Below, piece after piece: positions 25,604-41,639 of a stretch of 64,000 nucleotides of DNA. The translations under genes were made by a program, and so were the position numbers. Within the stretch, counting starts at the first letter, position 1, and each line of letters starts with the position of its first letter. The DNA is from the human T2T-CHM13v2.0 reference genome, Homo sapiens: the NCBI RefSeq assembly GCF_009914755.1, contig NC_060929.1; one strand, given 5' to 3'. The notes beneath the pieces are model-generated. The model was given only the letters and a program-made list of their open reading frames with translations. It was not told where the DNA came from and made no database searches.

Positions 25604-28566
25604 TAAAATGGTAATTTTTATGTTATGACGGTTTGGAAAAAACTGTCATAAAAATTCACTCTCTTGGTTGAGTCAGTAATACGAGGGACATGGAAGTCTG
25701 GCCTTGGGGGGCGTCCCAGCCTTGTCACATGAGCTAAAACTAAAGTCCCTAAGAATCCTCCAAGAAAGATTTCTTCCAGCTGGTGGGAGGCTGGATGAGA
25801 AGGTGTTATGTTTTTAGGTGAAAATCGGAGGTGGCGCAGGACATGGTGAGATGATTATCCAGCTTGCTAATCTGCCAGCGGGCACCACCTGCCATTCCTC
25901 CTTCGTGCCTTCGAGTAGCAGGCTCAGTCCATTTTGAGGAGGCTGGCACGAGGCTGTCTTCACACTCCCCGCGGGGTCCATTTCATGTCCTGCTGATTAA
26001 TCCAGCTACTGAGAGGAAAATAGTGATTTCCTTTCTGTGGATCATCCCATGGGCACATTGGATCCTTTATTCAGTGACATAAACAACTAAGTCCCAAGTG
26101 TTCCATGGCCCCCTCCCCCAAAGAAATGCAGCAGGTCTGACATTTCCCCATTTCTCTTGGGGAAATCTGGGCAAACCGAGAGCTTGTGAACAGCCCCGAT
26201 GGGTCCAGGCAGATTCACCAGACTTTCTGCTCACGACCCAAAGAGGTTAGCATGGAACCAACCCTCTTCCTCGGAGCTGCACGGGAATGAAAATGTACAA
26301 ATACCATGGTTCATGGTAGCTCCTCAGATGCTCCCGTGGATGCAGATGTCCTGCGGGGTCCGTTTCCCTTTCTCTAGAAACGTGGTGGAGTTCAGGGTGA
26401 TAACGATGGGCTTCTTTACTGATGCCAAACCGTATAAAGCATTGGCCTATTTTGTCACCGTGGAGCAGCCTATGGTGTTGCCCGCTGTTTTATTGTGACA
26501 GCTGGGCAGGGGCTCCCTGACATCTTCCTCCGAGTGGGAGGTGCTTTGTGAGACTTGGGTTTCTTGCTCAGACGCTCAACACAGAGTTCAAATCCCACTG
26601 TGAAGTCATCACCTGGCGCCTGCACCTCTGTATCCAGAACCAAGTGGGCGGCACACCCTTCAGGTCGGTGGGAGTGAGGGCCTTCGGGTCGCCGGCACCT
26701 GACCCAGCAGCCTTGTCCCACCGCCTGCGACCACCAGCTCCTCCGCTCTCTCCATCGGTCGTAACATCTTACTGCTCCCCTCGCAGACTGTTGAGTTGGT
26801 CTTTGACAAGTGTTTCTTTTATATTTTCACGGCACGTGTGACTTTTCTTTTTGGATACTTTACTGATTGAAAAATATGGCTTTGCAGCCTAGCAAGGCTC
26901 TCGGTCTGAGGCTGCGTCCTTCTGGTGTGGCTTTCCTCCTGAATTAGGCGTGGTGTGGCAGCGTCCAGGGAAGAACACGCAGCCTCTGGTTTGAACTGGA
27001 CCCTGGGTAGCAGTTCAACCTTCCCCACACCTGTGACACCCAACAAGATAGACACAGATGTATGAAACGCTCTACAGCCACCCGAAAAAGGTAGAAATTC
27101 TGCAACAAAATTAACTGGGGAAAAAAAAACTAGGGAGAAAACGGGAAAGGAAAGGCATTGTCCGGAAGAAGCCTCTTGCAGTGTGGATGGGAACCTGCCA
27201 CAGCTGGGCTTGGGCGAGGGGCCCACGGTGTCGCTGGGGACTTCTGCTGCCCCCAGCCCCCCTTCCTTCCAGCCAGTGGCTCTGTGAGCCGCCTCTTGTC
27301 TGCATTTCTTGCAGGAACATGGAGGGACCGGAACATGGAGGGACCAGTCCAGAATGGCCCCACGTCAGGAGAAAGAGTCCCCAATCCCCAGCCCCTACCT
27401 CATAGGCCAAATCACTCCATGTGGGAGGCTGGGAGGCAAACATTTTTGTGTGAGCTAGCTACTCTGAACATAATCATAATTGCATTGGTAAGGAAGAACA
27501 GGAAGTTGTCTCAAAATAAAGGGGGATCAGGTGGCTGGTCCACTTGTTCTTAGAAGGAAATTTCAGGAAAACGTTAAGAAACAGAAAATACTCAAGCTGG
27601 TTAGGCTATTCAAGAACATAGAAAGGGATAGAAAGCTGTTTAGTTAATTCACAGAGGTTAGGAAAACGCTGGTGCAAAAATACGATGCAGGCAGCTCAAA
27701 GGAGAAACGCAGCCCCTTCTCCCCTGTGAAACTGCACAAAACAATTCCAGATAAAATAATAGCAATTAACTTCCATCTGTGTTATAAAAGCATGGGCCAC
27801 TGCAGTCACGGTGATCCAGGAGTAAGGTGAGACCCCGACATTGGGAAATACTCATAAAGTTAACTTACCAACTTAATATACTAAAGGAGGAGAGTGTCAG
27901 CTTGCAGATGATCCTGATCAAACAGGCAATAATAACAAAGTTTCTTAATAGGGCACCAGTTATTGAAAAGCCTATCTCTGTCCCAGTGATTTGAGGTGAC
28001 ACCTTTTTCATGCATCAAATTTCCATTTGCGCTTGGACCCATTTCTGGATGTTCCATTCTAGTCCATTGATTTATGTGTCTGTTCATGCGCCATGATTTA
28101 ATTATAGAGGCCTGACAGTATTTCTTAGATGTTTAATAAGATGCTTCTGTCTCCTGACTTTTTTCTTTCCTGTGCTTTTGTAGCTATCATTGCATATTTA
28201 TTTTCATATTTAGTATAAACCTGCCAGCTGCGTAATCAGTTTGGTGCTATGTTTATTAGTATTACAGCGTGTTGATAAATTGACTCAGGAGGAGCAGGCA
28301 TCTTTAGGATGTTGACTCATGCAAGACTGAGGTGTGTCTTCCTATTTGTTCAAATACAATTTTTTGTGTCTCGAGATGTTTTGAAGTTTTCTTCATATAG
28401 GTTTTGCACACGTCTTAAGTTTATTTATAAGTACTTTAGCTTCTTTGATGTTTTTGTAAACGGGGCTTTCTCTACAATTATGTACCCTAATCTGGTCATT
28501 TTTCCAGTTTGTAAAGGTTATGGGTATCTGTATGTTAATTTTGTACTGAATTATTTTATTTGGGTT

Positions 28567-28867
<301 letters not shown>

Positions 28868-29032
28868 TTACTTGGGTTATTTTATCATGGATTCTCCTGG
28901 GTTTTCCTGATGTACTATGATGTCGTCTGCAAAGAGAGAGTTTCACTTTTCCCCAATTGTTGTACATCCTGTTGATTTTTCATACCGAATTGCATCAATC
29001 CATACCTGCAATACAATGTCCGATACCATGGG

Positions 29033-29258
29033 AGGGAGTTGGCAGGTTTCTTCTTTAAAGGCTCACATGGAGAATGTTTTAGGCATTTTGGGCTGGGCTG
29101 TCTCCACCCCTGGCACTCTGCTTTGTGGTTGTAGTACGAAAGCAGCCACAGGCAATGAATAAATGTGTGAGCATGGCTGTGTTCCAGCGAGGCTCTGTTT
29201 ACAAAAGCAAGTGGCAGGCCATATTGGGCGCCATCCTGGGGGCCAGGGTTGCACCCCT
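29033..29258. mobile_element. MER58A-like hAT DNA transposon relic
   Basis: ttgtagtacgaaagcagccac...ggctgtgttcca...tttacaaaa core. Confidence 0.7.
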
Positions 29259-31204
29259 TGTATGGGTGGTGGTGGGCCTCCCTACCCTGTTCCTTGATCT
29301 TACTGGAAACACCTTGAGTGTTTCCCTATGAAGTCGCTGCCTTAGGAATGAGGTGCACACACATACATGTTACCTGTGAAGAAGGTATTCAGTAATTCCT
29401 ATTTTCCTGAGCCTTTTTTTTTTTCAGGAATAATTGTTGAATTTTATTGAGGGCTTTTTCACCATATATGGAGATAATCATTTTCCCCCTCAGATCTGTA
29501 AATATGGTCTTTTATGTTAAGGGACTTCCTAATATTGAACTAGCCTTTCATCCTTGGATTATATCTGCTTGGCTATTGGTGTATTATTTTCCTAATGTGA
29601 AACTGGAGTCTATTTCTTAATATTTCATTTAGCACATTTGCATCAATATTCAAAGCTGATATTGGTGTGTCATTTTCTTTTTTATTTTACTCCCCATATC
29701 AGAGTTAAGTGTCAATGTTATACTTCTTAAAAAGGACTACAAATTTTCCTTCACTTTCTATGCTCTGGAACAATTTATGGGGCATTGAAATGATCTGACC
29801 TGTGAAGATCTGGTAGAATTCCATGTTAAAGCCGTCTGGGCCAGGTGCATTTTTGTGGGGTAATTCCTTGATAACTTTATTCCTTCTACAGGAGTTGATC
29901 TTTTAAGCTTGGTATCTCTAATGGGGTCGATTTTTATAAATTACATTTTCCTACAGAAATATATACTTTAGGTTTTCAAATGTATTTGTACATAGGTCTT
30001 TCTCCCACTTTTATTCAATCACTTGCCCTCTGCCACACCCAGGGAACCACTTTCTGATATTTATTACTGTAGATTAGTTTGGCCTGTTCTTAGATGTCAT
30101 ATAAACAGACTCTTAAGTTTATGAGCTTTTGCATCTGATTTTTATTTAACGTAGTGTTTTTGCAATTCATCAATGTTTTTGCATATTTGGTAGGTTTCAA
30201 TTTTTTAAATTGTCTAACAGTATTCCATTTTATAATTATTCTGCAATTTGTTTATCCATTATCCGATTGATAGTTATTTGGGTTATTTGTAGCTTTTGAT
30301 TATTATGAGCAAGGCCAGTGTGAACATCCTTTTTCCAGCCTTTTTGTGAACATACCCATTTCCCTTGATGAAATACTAAGGCTGGAACTTCTGGGTTGTA
30401 GGGCAGATGTACACTTGCCTTTATGTGGAACGGCAGGACAGTCTTCCAAAGTGACTGTAGCATTTTACATTCCCACCAATCACACTCTCTTCCTCGCCAG
30501 TATTCAGTGCTGTCGGTCTTTCTGACAGCGGCCACCCTGGAGTGTGGAGCAGCAGCTCTGTGAGGTTTTAACTTGCACATCCCTGATGGCTAAGGATGCT
30601 GAGTATATTTTCATGTGTATGATGGGCGTTACTCTATCTCTTTTGGTAAAGTATCTGTGCAAACGTTTGTCCCATTGTTTAAAATTGTTTTTTTTAAATT
30701 GTTGATTTGTAGCAGTTCTTACAGATTCTGGATAAAGTCCTTTATCAATGTGCTGTGCATATTTTTTCTCTGTGGCTTATCTCTTCATTTTTTACTGGCA
30801 TTTTAAAATAAAGCCCAATTTATCAAGTTTTTTCTTTACGGGTTAGTGTTTTTGTATGCTACCCAAATCTACCTACCTCAGACTCATTAGGGCATTTTCC
30901 TGGGTTTCTTCTGGAAGCTTTGTGGCTCTGGGCTTTGTGTTTGTGTCTGTTGTAGGTCTTGAGTTAATTTGTGTGTGGCGTGAAATAGGAGTTGGGGTTC
31001 ATTTTTCCATACAAATCTCCAGCTGTCCCAGCCACGCTGTTTCAGACCTTCCTTCCCCACTGATTGACCTAGTGCCTTGGCTGAGGGTCAGCTTGTCTAT
31101 CCTGACCTTGTCCTGCTGTGACCAGAGCTTTATAGGAAGCCATGAAGTCAAAATAAGTTCCACAATTTCGTTCTTTTTTAACAAGATTTCTTTAGCAAGG
31201 CTAG

Positions 31205-31541
<337 letters not shown>

Positions 31542-33641
31542 TAAAAATTTTAGAATCAGCTTGTCGCTTTCTATAAAAAGAAAAAAAACCTTTAAAATGA
31601 TGATTGGGATTGCATTATATCTACAGATCAATTTAGGGAGACAGGACAATCCTAACTACATTGAGCCTTTCAATCCAGGAACACTGTGTATCTCTCAGTT
31701 TATTCAGGTATTTTCTCAGTGATGTTGCTTTGTTTTCAATATACCAGTCGTGCACATCTTTTATTAGATTTATTCCTAGGTATTTTATGTTTTTTGATTG
31801 GAGCCTGGAGTTTTCTTTGTAGGAAAGTTTTGATTAGAAATTCAATTTATTTAGTATGAGGTTATTTAGATTTTCTAGTTCTTCTTATATCACTTTTGTT
31901 AATTTGCATATTTCAAGGAATTTTCCTGTTTCACTTAAATTGTTTAATGTATTGACTATCATTTTTAGTATTTTCTTATTATCCTTTTAATATTTGTAGG
32001 ACCTGTAGTGATGTACTTTTAAACTCCTGGTGTCAGTGATTTGTTTTTTTTTTCTTGATGAGTCTTGCTAGCAGATTATCCGTTTTATTAATCTTTTCAA
32101 AATTTTCAAAAATTCAAATTTTGACTCTGTTAATGGCCTTTATTATTTGACTGTTCTAAACCATTTTCATGGATTTTTGACTCTTACCTTTATTTTTTCT
32201 TTCCTTTTACTTACCTTAGATTTAACTGACTCTTCTCTCTCCAGTTTCTTGAGGAGGGACTACATACATACTTTTAAAACAGTCATTTTAAGCTCACTGG
32301 CATTTGATGCTGACCCTTCTGCTTGTGTGTAATTGGAGGTTTATTACACTTCCTGTGTCCTCATTATGATGCAATTTTGGGTCTGTGTAGCTGCACCTGT
32401 TCTTACCATTCTCCGTCATTTTGTGGAATGTTGTGGGGGATTTGGATTTAGGTAACTGCCATTATCCTTGGCTGCCTAGGAGTCTTCAATACCAGTATTT
32501 CAAAAGCTCTTAGAAATTGATACTTATAAACCCTAATAGAAAAATTAGCACATGACATACATAGGGCAGTTTTCCAAAGAAGAAATACAAGTTACCAGTG
32601 AATGCAGGAAATGTTTTTCAATGTCATTAGTAATCAAAGAAATGAAAACTATAATGGTAAAATAATTTATCTCTTTTCAGAAATAATATATCTGTTTTCA
32701 AATTGGCAAAGATTTCAAAAAAAGAAAAAAGGAAAATAAAAGTACCCAGCATGGTCCAGATTTAAGGGAAATTAGTATATAGTATACTGCTGACAGCCAC
32801 AAACATCATGGGAGTTAAAGTCTCCGAATGTCTGTGTTTTAAAGACACAAATGGAAACATTTATGAAAGCTGTGTCCAGGTGACTCAGCCCCCTCACCCC
32901 CAGCTTCTACCTCGTGTGGGATGTGAGACTGGGCGAGATATTCCACCTGGTAGCCTGTGCTTGCTCAGCGTCAGTGGCCATTGCTGCCATGGACAGATCC
33001 TGCGACTCAGAGGCCACCGTCTTTCGTGCATCCTCACCGGTGATGGCCCCGGGAAGCTGCTGCAGGGTGGGGCTGCGAGGCTCGCTGCTCAAATAAAGGA
33101 AAACGCCACATCAAGCACAACACAGCCACATCCTTGCCTTCTCCATCTGCTCCCTCCAAAATCCCACGATGATTACGGCTGTGACTAGGATTTAATAATC
33201 ATGCAAATATTGTGAATAACATACACGAATGAATTTAACATCAAGATGAAATGAATTTCTAGAAAATATTTTAAGATGCCATAGTTAATGTAAAAAAAAT
33301 AAATAACTTGCACACACGAACAATAAATAAATCAACATAGTATTAAAATCTGCCCTGTTTCATCCACCATCTCCACAAAATGTGCCCGCACTAGAGGGTC
33401 TTCAGGGTGAGGCGGACCAGGCCTTCCAGAAGCACGTCACCCTCATCTTAAGCAGCTCCAGAAAATGGAAGGAAAGGAGCAGGAGTGACTCGTGTCTTGA
33501 TGGTTGTGTATACTGTATGCAAAATATGGAGAGAAACTACAGGCCAAGTTTAAACATAGATGGTTAAGTGAGGTTAATCAATTCCAAGGCATATTAAAAA
33601 GTCATGATTAAAGGGGCTTACCACATGAAGTACAAGAATGA

Positions 33642-34196
<555 letters not shown>

Positions 34197-34370
34197 TAAC
34201 TTGGAGCCTGTGACAAAATGGTAATAAATAAAAAGTGGGCATTTCTAGAGGTTATGAATATGGACTACAAAACAGGAGGAAATTGTTGAAAATTTAAGCA
34301 AAGGATTCTTGCACTTTTTCATTTTGGGTGAGCCAATTCGATTTTTTTTTTGTTTTGTTTTTTCTTCTAG

Positions 34371-34460
34371 TCTCTTAATGGCTTTGCTCTGGTCGTGAGT
34401 GCAGAAGGGACGATATTTTATGCATCAGCAACGATCGTGGACTATCTGGGCTTCCATCAG
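34371..34460 (+). CDS. AHRR: AHRR coding exon (exon 5; start of PAS-A: [30 protein letters not shown])
   Basis: Polypyrimidine tract + ctag acceptor ending 34370; 90 nt; donor CAG|gtaaat at 34461; translation is the AHR-family PAS-A motif recognised as human AHRR. Confidence 0.97.
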
Positions 34461-34909
34461 GTAAATGAAACCAGAATAGCCCTCCAGTCTGTTAAGTGCT
34501 ATATTCTCTTCCCTTTGTAAATGTTTGTTGTCGTCAAGGTTTGATAATGTCTAAAATCAGGCTTTTCCTATCACTGAGCTCTTATCAGATAAAGATCTCC
34601 ACACCCCAGCTTTGTCTAGGGCAGTGTTTCTTCCAGCCTGGGTTCGGGGTCTCGGCAAGAGGCTTCTCAGTGTTAGGGGTGTTCTGGTCTAAGGCAGCCG
34701 TGGCGTGCGGACGGCAGCATGGTCTCCTCTGGCTCAGGCACTCCGCTAGGTCCCCTGCCCCACCAGCACCATCCCATTCAGCCGCTCCCAGGCAACGTCT
34801 TAAGCCTCAGCTTCTTGGTGCACTCAGGACACAGCTTGTTGTGGAAATGCCCTTCCTGACGTGCGAGTGGTTCATTTGGAATGCTGCCCAGCCAGCCCCA
34901 GGTGGATGA

Positions 34910-35321
<412 letters not shown>

Positions 35322-35817
35322 TCAAGGCCAGGAGGGGAGCAACGGAGCTGTTTTTTTTTGTCTGGGGAGGAGCTGGGGTCCCTCATGGAAAATCAGATGC
35401 TGGTTGTAGAATTAAGATTTCTCCCATTGCACGGCGAGGACCCCCAGGATCTGGAAATCAGGCGTACTGCAGACTGATAGATTTCTGGAGAACCCAAAGA
35501 AGCAAAAATGGGGCCCTTTATCTGCACTTCCATAAGCCACTCCCACAAAAATACCCGCCCTGCAAATGAGCTCACAATGCAAGTTATAAACCCAAGGAAG
35601 CCATAGATGGTGAGCAGGAGCCAGCTGACAGGTAAACAAACCGTGCTTCCTGGAAGAACTTAAGGAGCAAAGCCGTCCAAAGGAAACTGGCAAACAAATA
35701 GATTTAAAACAATAAAAGATAACAGCAGCAATATAAAGAAAGCACAGCATATGATGAAAAAAGAACAGGTATGTTTGAGAAAGATCAAAACAAAACTTTG
35801 AAAAATAGAGAGTAGTA

Positions 35818-36305
35818 TATTAGGGTTCAGTCTGGAGACAGAAACTGTGCAGAAATTTGAACAGTTTTATAGAAAGACTTATGACGGGTTTAGTGTAAGG
35901 CAGTGTTAACCAGTAGCACCGGCTCAGCAACGAAGGACTAAAGGGACTCTGAGGACACAGATACAGCAACAGAGGGGCAGCAGTGCCCACAGGGCCCAGG
36001 CGGGGGCCGTTGGAAACCCCAGCCCCACTGAGGCTGAGAGCCAGACCCTCAGTGGCACGGGGTGGGGCCATGGCCGGGGCAGTGGAGAAGTTCCCAAGAC
36101 GTTCAGGCCAGGGCTGGTAGGAAACCTCCCTTTGGGACCCAGGTGAGATGCGCACCTGGAGGCCGCTAGGCGCTGGGGGAAGCTGTGACACTGCGGGGTG
36201 CACACCGGCCCCAGGGGAAGCCCTACCCCTGCACTGCCCAGCACCTCTGCCTACGAGGAAAGGGTCCCAGAGCCAGCATTCACGCTGAGCCAGAGGCAGC
36301 ACACG
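35818..36305. mobile_element. Possible old ERVL-type LTR
   Basis: tattagggttcagtctggagacagaaac start resembles ERVL LTR termini; family not assignable by eye. Confidence 0.35.
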
Positions 36306-36318
36306 GTGATTAAAGCAA

Positions 36319-38697
36319 AAATCTGCCTGGTCGGGTGGGAGGCCTAGGGGCCGAATCTGCCTGGTGGGGCGGGAGGCCTAGGGGCCGAGTCTCCCTGGTC
36401 GGGTGGGAGGCCTAGGGGCCGAATCTGCCTGGTGGGGCGGGAGGCCTAGGGGCCGAATCTGCCTGGTCGGGTGGGAGGCCTAGGGGCCGAATCTGCCTGG
36501 TCTGCTGGGAGGCCTAGGGGCCGAATCTCCCTGGTCGGGCGGGAGGCCTAGGGGCCGAATCTCCCTGGTCGGGCGGGAGGCCTAGGGGCCGAATCTGCCT
36601 GGTGGGGCGGGAGGCCTAGGGGCCGAATCTCCCTGGTCGGGCGGGAGGCCTAGGGGCCGAATCTGCCTGGTGGGGCGGGAGGCCTAGGGGCCGAATCTCC
36701 CTGGTCGGGCGGGAGGCCTAGGGGCCGAGTCTGCCTGGTGGGCCGGGAGGCCTAGGGGCCGAATCTGCCTGGTCGGGTGGGAGGCCTAGGGGCCGAGTCT
36801 GCCTGGTGGGCCGGGAGGCCTAGGGGCCGAATCTCCCTGGTCGGGCGGGAGGCCTAGGGGCCGAATCTGCCTGGTGGGGCGGGAGGCCTAGGGGCCGAAT
36901 CTCCCTGGTGGGGCGGGAGGCCTAGGGGCCGAATCTGCCTGGTCGGGTGGGAGGCCTAGGGGCCGAGTCTCCCTGGTCGGGTGGGAGGCCTAGGGGCCGA
37001 ATCTGCCTGGTCTGCTGGGAGGCCTAGGGGCCGAATCTCCCTGGTGGGGCGGGAGGCCTAGGGGCCGAGTCTCCCTGGTCGGGCGGGAGGCCTAGGGGCC
37101 GAGTCTCCCTGGTCGGGTGGGAGGCCTAGGGGCCGAATCTCCCTGGTCGGGCGGGAGGCCTAGGGGCCGAATCTGCCTGGTGGGGCGGGAGGCCTAGGGG
37201 CCGAATCTCCCTGGTCGGGCGGGAGGCCTAGGGGCCGAATCTGCCTGGTGGGGCGGGAGGCCTAGGGGCCGAATCTGCCTGGTGGGGCGGGAGGCCTAGG
37301 GGCCGAGTCTGCCTGGTCGGGTGGGAGGCCTAGGGGCCGAATCTCCCTGGTCGGGCGGGAGGCCTAGGGGCCGAATCTGCCTGGTGGGGCGGGAGGCCTA
37401 GGGGCCGAGTCTCCCTGGTCGGGTGGGAGGCCTAGGGGCCGAGTCTCCCTGGTCGGGCGGGAGGCCTAGGGGCCGAATCTGCCTGGTGGGGCGGGAGGCC
37501 TAGGGGCCGAATCTCCCTGGTCGGGCGGGAGGCCTAGGGGCCGAATCTGCCTGGTGGGGCGGGAGGCCTAGGGGCCGAATCTCCCTGGTCGGGTGGGAGG
37601 CCTAGGGGCCGAATCTGCCTGGTGGGGCGGGAGGCCTAGGGGCCGAATCTGCCTGGTCGGGCGGGAGGCCTAGGGGCCGAATCTGCCTGGTGGGGCGGGA
37701 GGCCTAGGGGCCGAGTCTGCCTGGTCGGGTGGGAGGCCTAGGGGCCGAATCTGCCTGGTCTGCTGGGAGGCCTAGGGGCCGAATCTCCCTGGTCGGGCGG
37801 GAGGCCTAGGGGCCGAGTCTGCCTGGTCGGGCGGGAGGCCTAGGGGCCGAATCTCCCTGGTCGGGCGGGAGGCCTAGGGGCCGAATCTGCCTGGTCGGGT
37901 GGGAGGCCTAGGGGCCGAGTCTGCCTGGTCTGCTGGGAGGCCTAGGGGCCGAGTCTGCCTGGTGGGGCGGGAGGCCTAGGGGCCGAATCTGCCTGGTGGG
38001 GCGGGAGGCCTAGGGGCCGAATCTCCCTGGTCTGCTGGGAGGCCTAGGGGCCGAATCTGCCTGGTCGGGTGGGAGGCCTAGGGGCCGAATCTGCCTGGTC
38101 TGCTGGGAGGCCTAGGGGCCGAATCTGCCTGGTGGGGCGGGAGGCCTAGGGGCCGAGTCTCCCTGGTCGGGCGGGAGGCCTAGGGGCCGAGTCTCCCTGG
38201 TCGGGCGGGAGGCCTAGGGGCCGAGTCTCCCTGGTCGGGCGGGAGGCCTAGGGGCCGAGTCTCCCTGGTCGGGCGGGAGGCCTAGGGGCCGAATCTGCCT
38301 GGTGGGGCGGGAGGCCTAGGGGCCGAATCTCCCTGGTCGGGCGGGAGGCCTAGGGGCCGAATCTGCCTGGTGGGGCGGGAGGCCTAGGGGCCGAATCTGC
38401 CTGGTCGGGCGGGAGGCCTAGGGGCCGAACCTGCCTGGTCTGCTGGGAGGCCTAGGGGCCGAATCTCCCTGGTCAGGCGGGAGGCCTAGGGGCCGAATCT
38501 GCCTGGTGGGGCGGGAGGCCTAGGGGCCGAATCTGCCTGGTCTGCTGGGAGGCCTAGGGGCCGAATCTGCCTGGTCGGGCGGGAGGCCTAGGGGCGGAGT
38601 CTGCCTGGTGGGGCGGGAGGCCTAGGGGCCGAATCTGCCTGGTCGGGCGGGAGGCCTAGGGGCGGAGTCTGCCTGGTCGGCTGGGAGGCCTAGGGGC
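36319..38697. repeat. 34-bp GC/CpG-rich minisatellite, ~70 units (2.4 kb)
   Basis: Unit GA(A/G)TCT(G/C)CCTGGT(C/G)GGG(C/T)GGGAGGCCTAGGGGCC with interspersed variants. Confidence 0.98.
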
Positions 38698-39810
38698 TGT
38701 GCAGAGCAGCAGGCAGTGGAAGCCACGAACCACCCCGCTCGCCCACACTAGTCCCTGACAAGTCATTAGAATTCACGTCTGCACAGGCCCTGAGGCTGCA
38801 CAGTTTTATCCAATTTCCATAAGAGCTGGGCTTTTGAATTTTTTCCCACAGCTGAAATTGCTGCTGCCTTGCTGGTGATTCTGCAAAAAAACTCCTCTAG
38901 TCCGCCTCTAAGTTCAATCTCCTGCCCCTGAGCCCAAGGCCAGTCTCCCTGTGAACTGCAAGGACCACATGACTGCCGGGCCCATTGCAGTGAGCTTGTT
39001 TTCTGCACCGTGGCTGTGTCTGCACACTGGATGCCTCCTTGGGATGGCCTCTCCCCCAGCATCCACGTGAAGGTGCAGCTCGTCAGCACGCCTGGGCTGG
39101 CCCTGGTGGAGGACGCAGGGGGACATGGCTGTGTGCAGGGAGAGGGAACACCGTGCAGTGGACATGGCTGCCAAGGGGTGTCCAGGCCACTGCCCTGTTG
39201 GGAACGCAGTGCAGGGTGGAGACACAGCTCTGCTGTCCCAGCAGCGACCTTGATGGCTCTGAGCCTCATTTCCTGTGCCCACACAATGGCCAGCAGCGGT
39301 GTTTGCCTGCCAGGCTGTGGCCAGACCACGGGGCCACTGAGCAGGGGAGTGCTGGGAAAAGCCCTGGTGCCCGGCACGGCGTCTCCTACCACAGAGGGAC
39401 ATCGCTCTAGGCGGCTGCTGTTGACACCACGTGACCACAGGCTTTGCTGAGTGTGCCCTGGTATCTGTGGTTGGGGCACTGTCATCTCCTGATGCGCCCT
39501 GTGAGAGGGGACCTGAAGTGACACCTGGTGGGTCCCTCGTTCCCACAGATGGCATCAGCGTCTGGGTGGCCACCCGGCATCCTCTTCATCTCCATCTTCT
39601 GTGCTCAGATCCCATGGAGCTGCCGTGGGATGCTTCCTTTACACGTGTGGAGAGTAGTGGAGTGGGTCCGTTGGGTCCGTAGGCGTTTGCTGGGGTTTGG
39701 TGCATCCTTCACTGTGGGGTGCCGTGAACGGGGGAGCACTCACAGTACAGGACATGGGCGGACATGACGGTGTGGCTCGATGACTTTGTCAACTTAAACA
39801 GAGCAGCTTC

Positions 39811-40458
39811 GGCTTGGTCTTTTTGTGCAGGGCCCATGTCTAGAGAAGGTGGCTTGGTCCATATGTGCAGGTCCCGAGTCTAGAGAAGGCGGCTTGGTCT
39901 TTATGTGCAGGGCCCGAGTCTAGAGAAGGCCGCTTGGTCTGTATGTGCAGGGCCCGAGTCTAGAGAAGGCGGCTTGGTCTTTATGTGCAGGGCCCATGTC
40001 TAGAGAAGGTGGCTTGGTCTGTATGTGCAGGGCCCGAGTCTAGAGAAGGCCGCTTGGTCCGTATGTGCAGGGCCCGAGTTTAGAGAAGGCGGGGTCTGTA
40101 TGTGCAGGGCCTGAGTCTGGAGAAGGCCGCTTGGTGTGTATGTGCAGGGCCCATGTCTAGAGAAGGTGGCTTGGTCTGTATGTGCAGGGCCCGAGTCTAG
40201 AGAAGGCGGCTTGGTCTGTATGTGCAGGGCCTGAGTCTGGAGAAGGCGGCTTGGTCCATATGTGCAGGTCCCGAGTCTAGAGAAGGCCGCTTGGTCTGTA
40301 TGTGCAGGGCCTGAGTTTAGAGAAGGCGGCTTGGTCCGTATGTGCAGGGCCCGAGTTTAGAGAAGGTGGCTTGGTCTGTATGTGCAGGGCCTGAGTCTGG
40401 AGAAGGTGGCTTGGTCTGTATGTGCAGGGCCCGAGTCTAGAGAAGGCCGCTTGGTCTG
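39811..40458. repeat. 40-bp minisatellite, ~16 units
   Basis: GGCTTGGTCTGTATGTGCAGGGCCCGAGTCTAGAGAAGGC at 40-nt period. Confidence 0.97.
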
Positions 40459-41639
40459 CCTTCTGCATGCTCAGAATCACTGTCAACTCTAGTTACTGCA
40501 TCTTGAGCTGCCCTGAGTTCTCCAGATGCACCCAGAGCCGCTGCCTTTAGCCATGGCTCGATGGTCTCACCCCAGGGTTTGGCTTTGGGGACTGGGGCAG
40601 GTGCTGTGCAGAGCAGCTTTGATTCCAGGTCAGAACTTGCTAATTGGACTTTTTGTTTTCTTGGCACTTGGTCATTTTTCCCCAAGCATGAGAAGTTAAA
40701 AAAAAAAGTTTTGCCTTGATTATGAGGAAATTGGTTCCAAATGCCATTAAATCAGGCATTGCCTCTAGTTTATGCAAAATATCTCATGAAAAAATTAGAG
40801 CAGCTTTGTGCTTGTGTGAGCTTATTGTGCAAAATGCTTTACAAAAAGTCAGGAACCAATTATTCCCAGTCACAGCATGAGTGCATGATTTCAGTGTCTT
40901 CAAGCTCAGCATGCTTAGTGATGAATAAACGGCTTTAGGCGTATATTTTAGTTGCCATTGACATTTGTTGATTCAATAAGTTGTTCGTTCTCTCAAAGAT
41001 TAGAGCTCGTCGATCAGAGCAGTTAGAATCCCACAGGCATGGTTAGCAGATGTGTGCAAGCTTTTGCACAAAAAGGTAAAAATGTTAGCTGCTAGAGTGA
41101 GCAGCATATTGAAATTGGAAATGATTTTATTCTAAACTCCCTAAGTGGTAGTGTAAAACTAAAGTAAAGACTGTCTTTAGTTGACGAAAGGAGGGTTTGT
41201 TTTTGTACGGTTTGGATAATTTTAACATCATGCTCTCCCCCTCCCATTTCTCCCACCATGTCTCTTGATGTCACTTTGTAGGAATTAGACTTTAAAAGAT
41301 TAAGAAAGACTTAGGGCAGACATGCCACACTGATGATTAAAACGCAGAACTTTGTTCCCTCAACCCAAACAGGACTTACATCTCACCCTGTCTTCAGATT
41401 TGCCTCAGTTGGAGAAGTCTTTCCAGCTCTCCTGCACCCTCCTCCACATGTGCCATCTGGCCTCGGTTCAGCAGCAGACCCTTTCTCGCCTGTTGATTCC
41501 CTTTTGTTACCTGACTGCGGGGTTGGAGATGATGGATGAGGCACTCGGGGAGGCCTGCGGCTGCTCAGGGAGGGTACTTGGGGTGGGGGTCACCTTCCAG
41601 GGGTCTACAAAGCTCAGGGTTGCTGTGGAAACTCATGCG

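Noticed and set aside
36319-38697. CRISPR-like periodicity (34 bp), likewise the arrays at 18 kb and 39.8 kb
   Set aside because: Head-to-tail units with no unique spacers, no cas genes, eukaryotic context
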